This document shows, in pieces, positions 1-9,680 of a stretch of DNA of 64,000 nucleotides. The stretch lies in assembly GCA_047947115.1 (NCBI GenBank), contig CP170459.1:5312001-5376000 (forward strand), written 5' to 3'. This DNA is from Verrucomicrobiota bacterium. GTDB lineage: Bacteria; Verrucomicrobiota; Verrucomicrobiia; Limisphaerales; AAA164-E04. A program made the translations under genes and the position numbers. Within the stretch, counting starts at the first letter, position 1. Every line of letters starts with the position of its first letter. The notes under the pieces are model-generated. The model was given only the letters and a program-made list of their open reading frames with translations, was not told the DNA's origin and did not search any database.

Positions 1-157
1 CCCATGGATCGGATTCGGTTCCGGGGTGTTGATCTGAACCCGAATGGGTGTCGCCGGAATCAACGGTCCGATGAAATGCGCGATGCTCCACCAACCACCA
101 CGATGACATACCGGCGGAAAGCATCAACCAAAGCAACATGTAGTTTAATCGAGACAT
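1..157 (-). CDS. Partial CDS (N-terminus only, runs off the window), probable secreted or membrane protein
   Basis: The minus strand from ATG at 157 reads MSRLNYMLLWLMLSAGMSSWWLVEHR... and is open to position 1. A GAGG SD-like motif lies upstream. Confidence 0.55.
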   Translation of the reverse strand, partial: MSRLNYMLLWLMLSAGMSSWWLVEHRAFHRTVDSGDTHSGSDQHPGTESDPW

Positions 158-294
158 CGCGACCTCTCACTATCTGAATGCACTTGGGAAAAAAATCCAA
201 CGAGAAACTTTTTGGAACTTTCAAGTGTTCTGCTGCATGATATCATCAGAAAGCATACAAAGTTTCAAATAACATCCAAACGGCGGATCGTGTT

Positions 295-1470
295 TTGAAG
301 GAAAACTTACATAAGCCATCCGGATTCGACACCATGGACGTCCGGCCATCCAAGCCCATCACAACGGCATGGCATCGTCGTGCAGCCTGCGGGTTAACCT
401 CCGCTTGTCAATGGGTTTTCGGAGCGGCATCGGTCATGGTTGGACTCTCGGTACTGTCCATTTTCCCGGTATTAAACCTGCTCAGCCTGGGCTATTTGAT
501 GAAAGCCTCGGGCAGGGTTCAACAAACCGGCCGCATCCGGGACGGCATGATCGGATTCAGGCAGGCATCACTGATGGGTGGGTTGGTGGTGGGGATCTGG
601 TTCAGTTGCTGGCCGATACGGTTTGCCATGGATCTTGCGCGGGACGCGGCCTTGATTGCTCCGGATGGCGAAATGCCCATGGGCTGGAAAACGGGCATTC
701 CTTTGGGAATGATGTTGACGGTTGCTCATATCCTCTGGGCCATCGCTCGGGGTGGCAGGTTGCACCATTTCATATGGCCCGCCCCGGTCAGATTCTTAAA
801 ATGGTGGATCAGCGATCGGGGAGGTGCGATGAGGGGTTTGAAATGGGGCATTCGTTGGTCCGATCTGGCAATGGGAAATTATTTTGCCATTGGATTGGGG
901 GGATTCCTTGGAGCCATTGCGTGGTTGGGTGTTCCAGTGTTGATTATTTTCGGTGCCGGACAACTCCCCAAGGAGCCGGGTATCCTGGTCTCTCTCCTGG
1001 GCGGTCTGCTTTTGGCTTGGGTGTCCATATACCTGCCGTTTCTGCAAACCCAGTTCGCCGCAGAACCAAACTGGAAAAACCTGTTTGCCATCCGCAAGGT
1101 CCGAGCCCATTTCAAAAAAGCTCCGATTGCTTTTGTGGCCGGATTGCTGATCACACTCCTTTTCTCCATTCCACTGTACCTCCTCAAAGTGGAACTGGCT
1201 CCGCGTGAACTGGCGTGGTTGCCGGGCGTACTGTTCGTGGTGTTCATCTTTCCCGCCCGACTGACCTGTGGATGGGCCATGCATCGAGCCAGTCAACGAA
1301 ACCAAACTTCCTTCTTTCTCTGGCGCTGGATCGGACGTCTGGGAGTCGTGGTGGTTGGTGTCGCCTACGGCATGTTGGTGTTCTTTACACAATTCCTGAG
1401 CTGGAATGGCACCTGGAGTCTGCTGGAACAACACGCCTTCATGGTACCTGCTCCATGGCTGTCGTTGTAA
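295..1470 (+). CDS. Multi-pass membrane protein of unknown function (DUF4013-like)
   Basis: 391-aa ORF with many hydrophobic segments. The true start may be the ATG at 334. Confidence 0.7.
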   Translation: MKENLHKPSGFDTMDVRPSKPITTAWHRRAACGLTSACQWVFGAASVMVGLSVLSIFPVLNLLSLGYLMKASGRVQQTGRIRDGMIGFRQASLMGGLVVGIWFSCWPIRFAMDLARDAALIAPDGEMPMGWKTGIPLGMMLTVAHILWAIARGGRLHHFIWPAPVRFLKWWISDRGGAMRGLKWGIRWSDLAMGNYFAIGLGGFLGAIAWLGVPVLIIFGAGQLPKEPGILVSLLGGLLLAWVSIYLPFLQTQFAAEPNWKNLFAIRKVRAHFKKAPIAFVAGLLITLLFSIPLYLLKVELAPRELAWLPGVLFVVFIFPARLTCGWAMHRASQRNQTSFFLWRWIGRLGVVVVGVAYGMLVFFTQFLSWNGTWSLLEQHAFMVPAPWLSL

Positions 1471-1589
1471 CACCGAGATTCAGAGGTAATTCCATACCTT
1501 TTTTCTACAGCATGTTGAAACACCCTTGAAAATCGGAACCCAGAATTCCAATTTTCAAGGAACTCTGCATGAGCGGACAACACAAAGGC

Positions 1590-1991
1590 TCAAGATTCCT
1601 GCGTTTTCTTCGAGACAACCTGTGCGAGTCTGGCTTTTCGGATGACTCGGAGTTTATGGGTTCCTCGGCAGACCAGGTCATGTCCGTCCCAGGCACGGAA
1701 TTCAAAGGAGAACATATATTTGTCGGAGTAAATGATTTTGGCCTGACATTTCACCGTGGCACCGGGAGGTGTGGGTGAAAGGTGTTCCACATTCACCATC
1801 GCTCCCACCGTGCTTTCTTCAGGATCCAGATGGGGGAGCATCGCTTTGCGAGCCGTGTGTTCGAGAAACCAGATCAACCAGGGCGTCGATAGAACTTCCG
1901 GCATCACGTCATCTGCAAAATCAATGATGTGCTGGTCGGTTACGGTGAATTCCAACACGGCAACCTCTCCAGTGCGTGGACGTGATTTCAT
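1590..1991 (-). CDS. Hotdog-fold thioesterase, FlK (fluoroacetyl-CoA thioesterase) family
   Basis: VLSTPWLIWFLE and VEHLSPTPPG motifs (Thr/Glu/His), 133 aa. Confidence 0.85.
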   Translation of the reverse strand: MKSRPRTGEVAVLEFTVTDQHIIDFADDVMPEVLSTPWLIWFLEHTARKAMLPHLDPEESTVGAMVNVEHLSPTPPGATVKCQAKIIYSDKYMFSFEFRAWDGHDLVCRGTHKLRVIRKARLAQVVSKKTQES

Positions 1992-1998
1992 CCGCAGC

Positions 1999-2559
1999 TT
2001 ATTGTTTATGTGGACCGATCAATTCGATGAAATTGCCATCGGGATCACGACAGACCAACAGTCCGTTGTTTCCCCCAAGAGCAACGGGCGTATCGCCCAA
2101 CAATTTGACACCTACCTTTTTCAACCGTTGGATGGAGGCATCCAGATCGGTCACATGCAATGTGAGATAACTAAAACCGAGGTTGGAATGGATGAACGAT
2201 TGATCGCCTTTCTTGCGATCTGAATTAGGGAAAGCCATCATCTTGATGCGGCTTTGCTTTTCTCCATTGCCCAACACAAAGACCCGGGCGGTGACATCCA
2301 TATTATCCACCAATCCGATGGAGGTGGCAAAAGCGGCCGGCACTGAGAATCCATTGACTTCCTTGCAACCCAGCACCTCGCTGTAGAATTTGGCAGACTT
2401 TTCGAGGTCTCCCACCACGATGCCCAGATCCATCACGGGTGAAGAAAAGACTTCGGCCTGGTCCTTGCTCTGAGCTGTCACGGATATTTGAAGAGCGCAT
2501 GCAACAAAAAACACGAATGCATAAACCGGGATGCGCTGAAAACATTGGGTGAATTTCAT
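1999..2559 (-). CDS. VOC/glyoxalase family protein with N-terminal signal peptide
   Basis: DLGIVVGDLEKSAKFYSEVLG and RDPDGNFIEL motifs. Start trimmed to MKFTQ. Confidence 0.8.
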   Translation of the reverse strand: MKFTQCFQRIPVYAFVFFVACALQISVTAQSKDQAEVFSSPVMDLGIVVGDLEKSAKFYSEVLGCKEVNGFSVPAAFATSIGLVDNMDVTARVFVLGNGEKQSRIKMMAFPNSDRKKGDQSFIHSNLGFSYLTLHVTDLDASIQRLKKVGVKLLGDTPVALGGNNGLLVCRDPDGNFIELIGPHKQ

Positions 2560-2807
2560 GGCGCAACATTCCCGAAAATACATGGAAAGATCAAGATTCG
2601 ATTCGGATTTGTGTCGAGTTGTTGAGCGTGGGGGCGGGATGCAGGTATGGTTCACGGCTTTCCCGACCAGATTCCAGCGAAATGCAAACCCTCCCTCCAA
2701 TTGCTGGAGTTCTATTGACGGATCATCTGACAGTGTGGACTTCGGAACGCTCAATCAGAGCTGGCGGATCGCGATGAAAAATGAATGAATGACAAGCGTT
2801 CGGGCAG

Positions 2808-3980
2808 TTACTGAGCTGTCTCGTTGAAGAAAATCACCAGATTTTTGGTCTGGCGAGCAGCAGCCACGATGTCGGGCCTTCCATCAGCATTCAAATCAGC
2901 CGCCTTGATATCCTCAACAGCCAATTCGGCCCCGGCGATGCGGGTTTCCCGCCACATGGAGCCTGCTGGATCCGTGGGAGTAAACAATTTGATGCCGGGA
3001 ACGCCACGCGGATTCATCCCCCGCCAACCCACAACGACCTGGTCATTCCCAACCCCGAGAAAATCCGCAACCGCGAGCGCATGCCCGTCACGAATTGAAT
3101 CATCCAAGACAGCGATGCGATCCCACAGCTTTTCAGGGCTGTCCGGTTCGGAATAGACCGCCGAAGCAACTCCATGCATGGGCTCAATGGTGACGAAGAA
3201 TCGCTTCCCGTTGGGCAATCGGCCATCCCGGATCTCCCCGGCAAATTGCTCACTCAAGCGTTTGGCACGCCATTGACCATGCTGACGGTCCAAATGCCAG
3301 ACCCCCTCTTTGGCGGCAATGATCAGTTCCTCCTCGGGATCCTCATCCCAGTTGACCGGATGAAAATTATGGGATTGATGCAAGAAATTGGCGATTAAAT
3401 CAGTGGTCCATTCATCCCTGGGATTGGATGGTTTGGTGTATTCCAGCAGCATCAAACCATACCCCTCGTCATTGAGGTTGCCACGGCCACGCAGCGGTTT
3501 GACAGCCAAGGTATATGTGTCATCCAGCCCCCTGATCCAGTGCATTCGGTGTGTGCTGGGTTCGTTATACAATTTCACCGGAGTCCACATCCGAGTCCGA
3601 TCAGAAGGAGGAATCAGGTAATGCACCGCACCGTCCTTGACTGTTTCACCAAAATTCCACTGCCCCCCCACAGCAATCTCACACTTCCCGTCACCATCTA
3701 TATCACGGGCTGAAATACAAACGTTGTCCCGTTCGGTGAGGTCTCTGGCAATGATGTACTTTTTCCAAGTGGGATTTTGATACCATTGCACAGTCGTTTT
3801 GTCGGCCAGCACAATATCCGTCTTTCCATCCCCGTCCACATCCGTCAACTGCAGTCCGTAGCCAATTTCAATGGTATCGATCGTCACTGCTTTCCATTCA
3901 AAAGATGGTAGTTCCGCGCGTGAGTGCTGCGTCCACACAGTCAAAAAACCGAGTATAAGACCAAACGGAAATGCTTTCAT
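2808..3980 (-). CDS. Secreted FG-GAP/VCBS-repeat beta-propeller protein
   Basis: Signal peptide and repeated DxDGDGxxD-type motifs (DVDGDGKTD, DIDGDGKCE, DLNADGRPD). Confidence 0.85.
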   Translation of the reverse strand: MKAFPFGLILGFLTVWTQHSRAELPSFEWKAVTIDTIEIGYGLQLTDVDGDGKTDIVLADKTTVQWYQNPTWKKYIIARDLTERDNVCISARDIDGDGKCEIAVGGQWNFGETVKDGAVHYLIPPSDRTRMWTPVKLYNEPSTHRMHWIRGLDDTYTLAVKPLRGRGNLNDEGYGLMLLEYTKPSNPRDEWTTDLIANFLHQSHNFHPVNWDEDPEEELIIAAKEGVWHLDRQHGQWRAKRLSEQFAGEIRDGRLPNGKRFFVTIEPMHGVASAVYSEPDSPEKLWDRIAVLDDSIRDGHALAVADFLGVGNDQVVVGWRGMNPRGVPGIKLFTPTDPAGSMWRETRIAGAELAVEDIKAADLNADGRPDIVAAARQTKNLVIFFNETAQ

Positions 3981-4053
3981 GATTGGGAAATATTAATCCA
4001 TATCGGCAGTGCTACAAGTTTTTAGATGCAGAGAAAAAAGGAAACACCACGGT

Positions 4054-4284
4054 TCAAGTCAGATCATCCCAATCTTCCGGCCCTCCAAGTCCGTGGCGAA
4101 AAGCGGACCAGACCAACCAGGCGGCTAAAAACAAAAAAAATGTTCCAAACAGGCCGTAGAATATCAACCATCCCCAATGGACAGAGGAGGTTTCCGTCGG
4201 CTCCAGACTGGCCAAAGCGCCATAACCGCAAAACATGGTCGCCAGCAAGATCAAAGGAACCAGAGCCAATTTCAGAAACTTCAT
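4054..4284 (-). CDS. Small two-helix membrane protein
   Basis: MKFLKLALVPLILL... with two hydrophobic stretches. Confidence 0.5.
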   Translation of the reverse strand: MKFLKLALVPLILLATMFCGYGALASLEPTETSSVHWGWLIFYGLFGTFFLFLAAWLVWSAFRHGLGGPEDWDDLT

Positions 4285-4387
4285 ATGGGATCGAACTATG
4301 GTCATTTTCTCAGATTTGATCAAGTTTGTGAGAGAAGTTGCTCACTATGCTGAAACAGCCATCCGTAAAACCTCAAGGATTGAAGGG

Positions 4388-4416
4388 TTGCTAAACCGAT
4401 CTTCTCGTGCTAGAAA
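4388..4416 (+). promoter_or_regulatory. Candidate sigma70 promoter of the hypothetical-rnc-GNAT operon
   Basis: TTGCTA-17 nt-TAGAAA with an extended -10 TG. Confidence 0.4.
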
Positions 4417-4441
4417 CGAGGTTGTCGTAACCGATCCGCCG

Positions 4442-4523
4442 CCTCGGCATGAAACGGATGCAGCAAAACGAGCGTCTTATGTAAGCTAGTAAAAGGACGC
4501 TCGTTTTGACGCTTTCATCGGGG
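4442..4523 (+). promoter_or_regulatory. Long stem-loop in the 5' leader of the rnc operon
   Basis: Perfect 13-bp stem CAAAACGAGCGTC (4464-4476) / GACGCTCGTTTTG (4496-4508), extended by ATGAAA/TTTCAT and CCTCG/CGGGG. Confidence 0.6.
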
Positions 4524-4572
4524 TTTGCATGTGGTCACAAAATCAATCACGACACATGAATTGTAAACCAAG

Positions 4573-5202
4573 ATGAATGACTGGAACATCCAATCCAGAT
4601 CCCGCCTTTGCCACGAGTGTGAGCAAGGGTTTGAGGATCAACAGATCTACCACAGCCTTCTTTTCATAGATCAAGGCGAATACGCCCGCAAAGATGTCTG
4701 TGAATCGTGCTGGATCTCCCAGTATTCAGCCGGGTCTGGCGCCACGAAAGGATTCGTTTCCCACTGGCGCGGGCGTTATGTTTCACCACCGCCACCACCG
4801 CCGGAAGCCATTCGAAAGGATACCGCCGAAAGTATCCTGAGGAAACTCGTCGAGAAAAACCTCCCCGAATACGCAGGCGCGCTTTATATCCTGGCAGTGA
4901 TGCTGGAACGCAAAAGGGTCCTGAAAGTTCGCGATCAGATCAAAAAAGCCGGTACCCGGGTTTTTGTTTACGAGCACGCCAAAAATGGTGATGTGTTCAC
5001 CATTGCGGAGCCGGATCTGCGCTTGGACGAATTGGAAAAAATCCAGCACATTGTCGCCGACCTGATGGAAAACGGTTTACCCGACGAAAAGACCGACACG
5101 ACCGAATCGGAAGGGGGCGAAGCACCGGAAAACAATATCGAGGCCCCAGAAGAAACACCTGGCCAACCATTAGAAGAATCCGTTTCAAATGAGCACATCT
5201 GA
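4573..5202 (+). CDS. Hypothetical protein with two N-terminal CxxC motifs (possible Zn ribbon) and an acidic tail
   Basis: CHEC and CESC motifs; overlaps the rnc start. Confidence 0.75.
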   Translation: MNDWNIQSRSRLCHECEQGFEDQQIYHSLLFIDQGEYARKDVCESCWISQYSAGSGATKGFVSHWRGRYVSPPPPPPEAIRKDTAESILRKLVEKNLPEYAGALYILAVMLERKRVLKVRDQIKKAGTRVFVYEHAKNGDVFTIAEPDLRLDELEKIQHIVADLMENGLPDEKTDTTESEGGEAPENNIEAPEETPGQPLEESVSNEHI

Positions 5203-5920
5203 ATTCGATGACCGGATTAAACGTATTGAGGAAAGCATCCAATATACGTTCAAAGACAAAAAGCAAATCCTGCTCGCATTGACCCATCGGTCATTTTCCG
5301 GCTCAGAATCCAAATCCCTCAACAGCAACCAACGTCTTGAGTTTCTGGGAGACGCCGTGCTGCAACTGATCATCACTCAGGAGCTTTACCAACGCTATCC
5401 GGAACACGATGAAGGCCCCTTGACGAAAGCACGCGCCCAACTGGTGAACCGCCGCACACTGGCGGATCTTGCCAGCAAAATCGACCTGGGCTCCCAACTG
5501 ATGATGAGCCGGGGAGAAGAACTCAGCGGCGGACGGGAACGCCCCAGCGCCTTGGCGGACGCATTTGAAGCGGTGGTTGGAGCCGTCTTCGTCGATTCCA
5601 GTTTCGAGCGGACCTATGAGTTTGTCATCGATTGTTTCAGCGAACACTTCGGCGAATTGCAGATCCTCCCCAACCTTGAAAACCCCAAAGGCGAATTGCA
5701 GGAATACCTGCAGACCCAATCCAATCGGCCACCGCATTACGAACTGATCCGGGTCACCGGCCCCGATCATGACCGATTCTTCGAATGTGCCGTTGTCCAC
5801 GATAAAAAGGAACTGGGACGGGGCAGTGGAAAAAGCAAAAAGGAAGCCGAGTTCAACGCCGCCATACAGGCTATGGAACATTTTCGATCCCACTCGACGA
5901 ACGAGGCAACGGCAAAGTGA
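5189..5920 (+). CDS. rnc: Ribonuclease III
   Basis: Signature NQRLEFLGDAVL, ADAFEAVVGA, and a C-terminal dsRBD (GSGKSKKEAE). Confidence 0.97.
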   Translation: MSTSEFDDRIKRIEESIQYTFKDKKQILLALTHRSFSGSESKSLNSNQRLEFLGDAVLQLIITQELYQRYPEHDEGPLTKARAQLVNRRTLADLASKIDLGSQLMMSRGEELSGGRERPSALADAFEAVVGAVFVDSSFERTYEFVIDCFSEHFGELQILPNLENPKGELQEYLQTQSNRPPHYELIRVTGPDHDRFFECAVVHDKKELGRGSGKSKKEAEFNAAIQAMEHFRSHSTNEATAK

Positions 5921-6420
5921 ATGATACCACCTCTCAGACTCCCGACCTGCTCATCCGGATAGCAACCCCTGAGGATATCCCGTTGATCCTGGAATTCATC
6001 CATGGCATCGCGGCTTTTGAAAACCTTTCCCACCAGGTGACCGCAACGGAAGACCGGTTGAAGGAATCTCTTTTTGGCGACAAACCCTCGGCGGAAGTGT
6101 CTCTGGTCTTTGTCAACCATGAACCAGCCGGATACGCCGTTTACTTCCACAACTATTCAACTTTTGAAGGTAAAAAAGGACTCTACCTGGAAGACCTCTT
6201 CATCAAATCCCAATTCCGTGGACGCGGTTTCGGCAAAAAGATGCTGAAATACCTGACCGAACTCGCTTTGCAACGGGATTGTGCACGCTTTGAATGGGTG
6301 GTGCTGGACTGGAACGAAAATGCCATCGAATTCTACAAAGGGATCGGGGCCGAAGTATTCCCCGATTGGAGAGTCTGCCGCATGGACCGATCAGCCATGG
6401 AACAGTTTACAGAGGTTTAA
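5917..6420 (+). CDS. GNAT N-acetyltransferase (diamine acetyltransferase-like)
   Basis: LYLEDLF, FRGRGFGK and VLDWNENAIEFY motifs. Confidence 0.9.
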   Translation: MNDTTSQTPDLLIRIATPEDIPLILEFIHGIAAFENLSHQVTATEDRLKESLFGDKPSAEVSLVFVNHEPAGYAVYFHNYSTFEGKKGLYLEDLFIKSQFRGRGFGKKMLKYLTELALQRDCARFEWVVLDWNENAIEFYKGIGAEVFPDWRVCRMDRSAMEQFTEV

Positions 6421-6430
6421 TCTTTTTCTG

Positions 6431-6562
6431 AACCGCAGATTGTGCAGATGATCGCAGATTTAAGTAACGAAAAACTTAGCAGTATGATCCTATCAGAGCA
6501 GCCCCCAAGCTCACGAACAACTCTCCAGATATATTTCTAAACATCTGCGTTAATCTGCGGTT
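6431..6562. repeat. MITE-like element with terminal inverted repeats AACCGCAGATT...AATCTGCGGTT
   Basis: 11-bp terminal IRs plus internal GCAGAT / ATCTGC subrepeats at each end. Confidence 0.6.
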
Positions 6563-6571
6563 AATAAATCA

Positions 6572-7552
6572 ATGAACACGCCCCCCCCCTACCCGGATGC
6601 TCCTGCTCAGCGGACGCAATGGATTCGAAGCCTGCGGAAAAAAATCGCGCGCCCAAGCGAAGCATCACAACCGGCCATACTACTCGAAACCGAGCCGGAC
6701 CGGTATGGACGCCCCATACAAACTGCAACCATCTTTCTAATTAACCGCGAGTGCCCCTGGACCTGCGTGATGTGCGATCTCTGGCAACACACCACCGCCA
6801 AGCCTCTCCCCACCGGACACGTCCCCCGTCAAATCGAACAAGCCATCGCCCAACTAACATCAAGGACCGCCGAACCCATCCGCCACATCAAACTCTACAA
6901 TAGCGGAAGTTTCTTTGATGTAGGCGCGATTCCATTGGACGATTACGCTTCTATAGCTGGCCTGCTGGATGAATTCGATCGGGTCATTGTGGAATGCCAT
7001 CCAAAACTGATAGGCGCTCACACATTGGAGTTTGCAAACATGCTCCAACCCAAACTGGAAATCGCCATGGGATTGGAAACCGCCAGTGACGACATTCTCC
7101 AACGTATGAACAAACGATTCACACTCTCCGATTATCAGCAGGCCTGCACGTTGCTGAACGAACACTCGATCGATCATCGGGCCTTTGTCATGATCCAACC
7201 ACCCTTTGTCCACCCAAACCAGACACAGGAACTTTGTTTAAAATCCGTTCAAACAGCCTTTGAATGTGGAGCCGCATGCGTTGCCATCATCCCCACCCGC
7301 ATCACAACCGGAGCCATGGAGGCCTTGCGTCAAACCGGAGATCTTCACCCACTTACCCTAAAACAGGTGGAATTCTGTTTCGACGCGGCGCTGAATTTAA
7401 ACCTCGGGCGCGTATGGTTGGACCTCTGGGATCTGGAACACCTACAAACCTGCCCCACATGCTTCGAACGCCGAAAGAACCGCATTGAAACAATGAACGC
7501 CACTCAGTCGATACTCCCAAAAACAACCTGCACCACATGCCAGCCAGGATAG
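6572..7552 (+). CDS. Radical SAM protein (TIGR01210/RaSEA-like)
   Basis: CPWTCVMC (CxxxCxxC), KLYNSGSFFD, EIAMGLET, and extra C-terminal CPTC and CTTC. Confidence 0.85.
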   Translation: MNTPPPYPDAPAQRTQWIRSLRKKIARPSEASQPAILLETEPDRYGRPIQTATIFLINRECPWTCVMCDLWQHTTAKPLPTGHVPRQIEQAIAQLTSRTAEPIRHIKLYNSGSFFDVGAIPLDDYASIAGLLDEFDRVIVECHPKLIGAHTLEFANMLQPKLEIAMGLETASDDILQRMNKRFTLSDYQQACTLLNEHSIDHRAFVMIQPPFVHPNQTQELCLKSVQTAFECGAACVAIIPTRITTGAMEALRQTGDLHPLTLKQVEFCFDAALNLNLGRVWLDLWDLEHLQTCPTCFERRKNRIETMNATQSILPKTTCTTCQPG

Positions 7553-7560
7553 ACAAAACC

Positions 7561-9126
7561 ATGTATGACGTCGCAGTGATGGGCGCCGGATTCGGCGGAG
7601 CCCTGACCGCGCTGGTGGCCGCCCAAAACGGGTGTAAGGTGCTGCTCATTGAAAAGGGAAGTCACCCGCGCATCGTCATTGGCGAATCCACGACTCCACT
7701 CACCAACTTGATGTTGGAAGAAATCGCCCGGGACTTTAACCTTCCGTTCCTTCTCGATTTCACTCAATGGGGAAAATGGAAAAGCGCCCATCCGGACATA
7801 CGTGTCGGTCTGAAGCGAGGCTTCGGCTTTTACAATCACTGCAAGACACCCACCGCCAAGCCACCGGATTTGTGGGACCGGGAATTGATGGTTGCAGCCA
7901 GTCCCAATCAACAAATCGCCGACACACATTGGTGGCGTGAGGACTGGGACAACTACCTGACGAACCAGGCCATCCAACACGGGGTGACCTACATGGAACA
8001 TAGCGAGATCGAACATTTTGAAGAAACGCCCGACTGCATCCGACTTGGTATTCGTCAAGCCGGAGAACAAATACAAATTAATGCCCGTTCAGTCATCGAT
8101 GCTTCCGGCGGAAAATCCGGAGTCGCACAATGGCTCGGTATTGAATCCCTGCCCCTTGCTCATACCCCGGCGAGCTTCAGCGTTTATGGCCACTTCGAAA
8201 ACGTCAATCCCTGGAAAGGATGTTCAACGGATGCGATGGATTCCGCCCCTCCTTATCCCCCCAACAAGGCGGCGGTCCATCACCTGATCCATGGCGGATG
8301 GGTTTGGAGCCTGGAATTTGATCATGGACCGGTCAGTGCCGGTGCGGTGTTAACAGATGCCACCCACGCAAACATCAAATCCGAATCTGCTGAAACAATC
8401 TGGCAATACATCCTCGAGCAACACCCGCGCTTAAAGGAGTGCTTTCACAAAGCTGAATCCATGTACCCCATGCGAAAAATCGAACGTCTCGGATACCGCA
8501 TGGAACGTATGCATGGAGACCGGTGGATCATGCTGCCATCGGCTGCGGGTTTTGTGGATCCGCTCCTGTCCACCGGATTCCCACTAACCCTTCAAGGCAT
8601 CCAACGTCTCGGCGAAGCCCTCCGACCGGAAACACTCCGTGGAAGCGGCCCGATCCAAGCGTTCCCGACCATCGCGGAGAAATCCCAACTGGAACTTTCG
8701 ATCTGCGATCAATTGATCGGCACCCTGTTCGCAACCATGGATCCATTCCGTCACTTCGCCGCGACAACCATGCTCTACTTTGCAGCGGTCAGCTATACCG
8801 AAACGGCCTGGCGACTCGGCAAAAAACACCTGGCCCCCGGCTTTCTTTTCAGCGAAAACCCCGAACAACTAAACACCCTGACAACAGCGTTGAAACACAT
8901 TCAAACAATCCAGAAAGAAAACACTTCTGACGATGACAAACGGGCATCCATCCAAAACATCATCACAAGCACCATCGAACCCTTCAACGTCATCGGACTC
9001 GATCCAAGTGCAACCACACCCTGGTTCCCTGCGGACATGTCTCCTCTCTTCAAAAACGCGAACAAACTCAAATCCACACCAGAAGAAATCCAATCCATGC
9101 TCCATCAATTCGGATTAACATTTTAA
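7561..9126 (+). CDS. Flavin-dependent halogenase-like oxidoreductase (PrnC / tryptophan-halogenase superfamily)
   Basis: GAGFGG FAD motif, IGESTTP, GLKRGFGF (candidate catalytic Lys), GWVWSL (WxWxI-like) and FVDPLLSTG. Confidence 0.8.
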   Translation: MYDVAVMGAGFGGALTALVAAQNGCKVLLIEKGSHPRIVIGESTTPLTNLMLEEIARDFNLPFLLDFTQWGKWKSAHPDIRVGLKRGFGFYNHCKTPTAKPPDLWDRELMVAASPNQQIADTHWWREDWDNYLTNQAIQHGVTYMEHSEIEHFEETPDCIRLGIRQAGEQIQINARSVIDASGGKSGVAQWLGIESLPLAHTPASFSVYGHFENVNPWKGCSTDAMDSAPPYPPNKAAVHHLIHGGWVWSLEFDHGPVSAGAVLTDATHANIKSESAETIWQYILEQHPRLKECFHKAESMYPMRKIERLGYRMERMHGDRWIMLPSAAGFVDPLLSTGFPLTLQGIQRLGEALRPETLRGSGPIQAFPTIAEKSQLELSICDQLIGTLFATMDPFRHFAATTMLYFAAVSYTETAWRLGKKHLAPGFLFSENPEQLNTLTTALKHIQTIQKENTSDDDKRASIQNIITSTIEPFNVIGLDPSATTPWFPADMSPLFKNANKLKSTPEEIQSMLHQFGLTF

Positions 9127-9135
9127 ATGACTGGC

Positions 9136-9662
9136 ACAGGTAGGACGTGCCGTCCCTGGCGCGTCACCTTGTGGTTTGCATAACTCAAGTTAATTTCCGT
9201 TTCGGGAAGCCCAAGGCGGTCGAACACCCCTCATCCGCGTAGCTGTCGCTAGCGGGACGGATCGAGATCCACGCAGTCGCGGAACAGGCTGATCCGATCT
9301 ACCCAACGTTCCCAACAGGTAGGACGTGCCGTCCCTGGCGCGTCACCTTGTGGCTTGCATAACTCAAGTTGATTTACATTTCGGGAAGCCCAAGGCATTC
9401 GAACACCCCTCATCCGCGTAGCTGCGCTAGCGGGACGGATCGAGATCCACGCAGTCGCGGGACAGGCTGATCCGATCTACCTGCAGCAGCCCTCCGAGTG
9501 GAGCGTGGCGTCTCGGCGCGCAACCCTTGTGGTTTCCATCCCCTGCTATTCACCCACCATAGGAAAACCCTACAGCATCCAACACTCCACCATCCGCGTA
9601 GCATTCGCCAGCGGGCCGGATCGGGATCCATGCAGTCGCGGGACAAGCTGCCACGCTCTACC
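9136..9662. repeat. Tandem REP/REPIN-like units: two near-identical ~168-bp copies (period 179) plus one diverged copy
   Basis: Copies at 9136-9304 and 9315-9481 contain GTAGGACGTGCCGTCCCTGGCGCGTC near the start and end in CTACC. The third copy (~9498-9662) has the IR GTGGAGCGTGGC...GCCACGCTCTAC. Confidence 0.8.
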
Positions 9663-9680
9663 TGCTGTTCATGCCACCGT

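Noticed and set aside
9136..9662. Possible CRISPR array
   Set aside because: Units are ~170 bp with conserved interiors, there are no unique spacers, and no cas genes are present.
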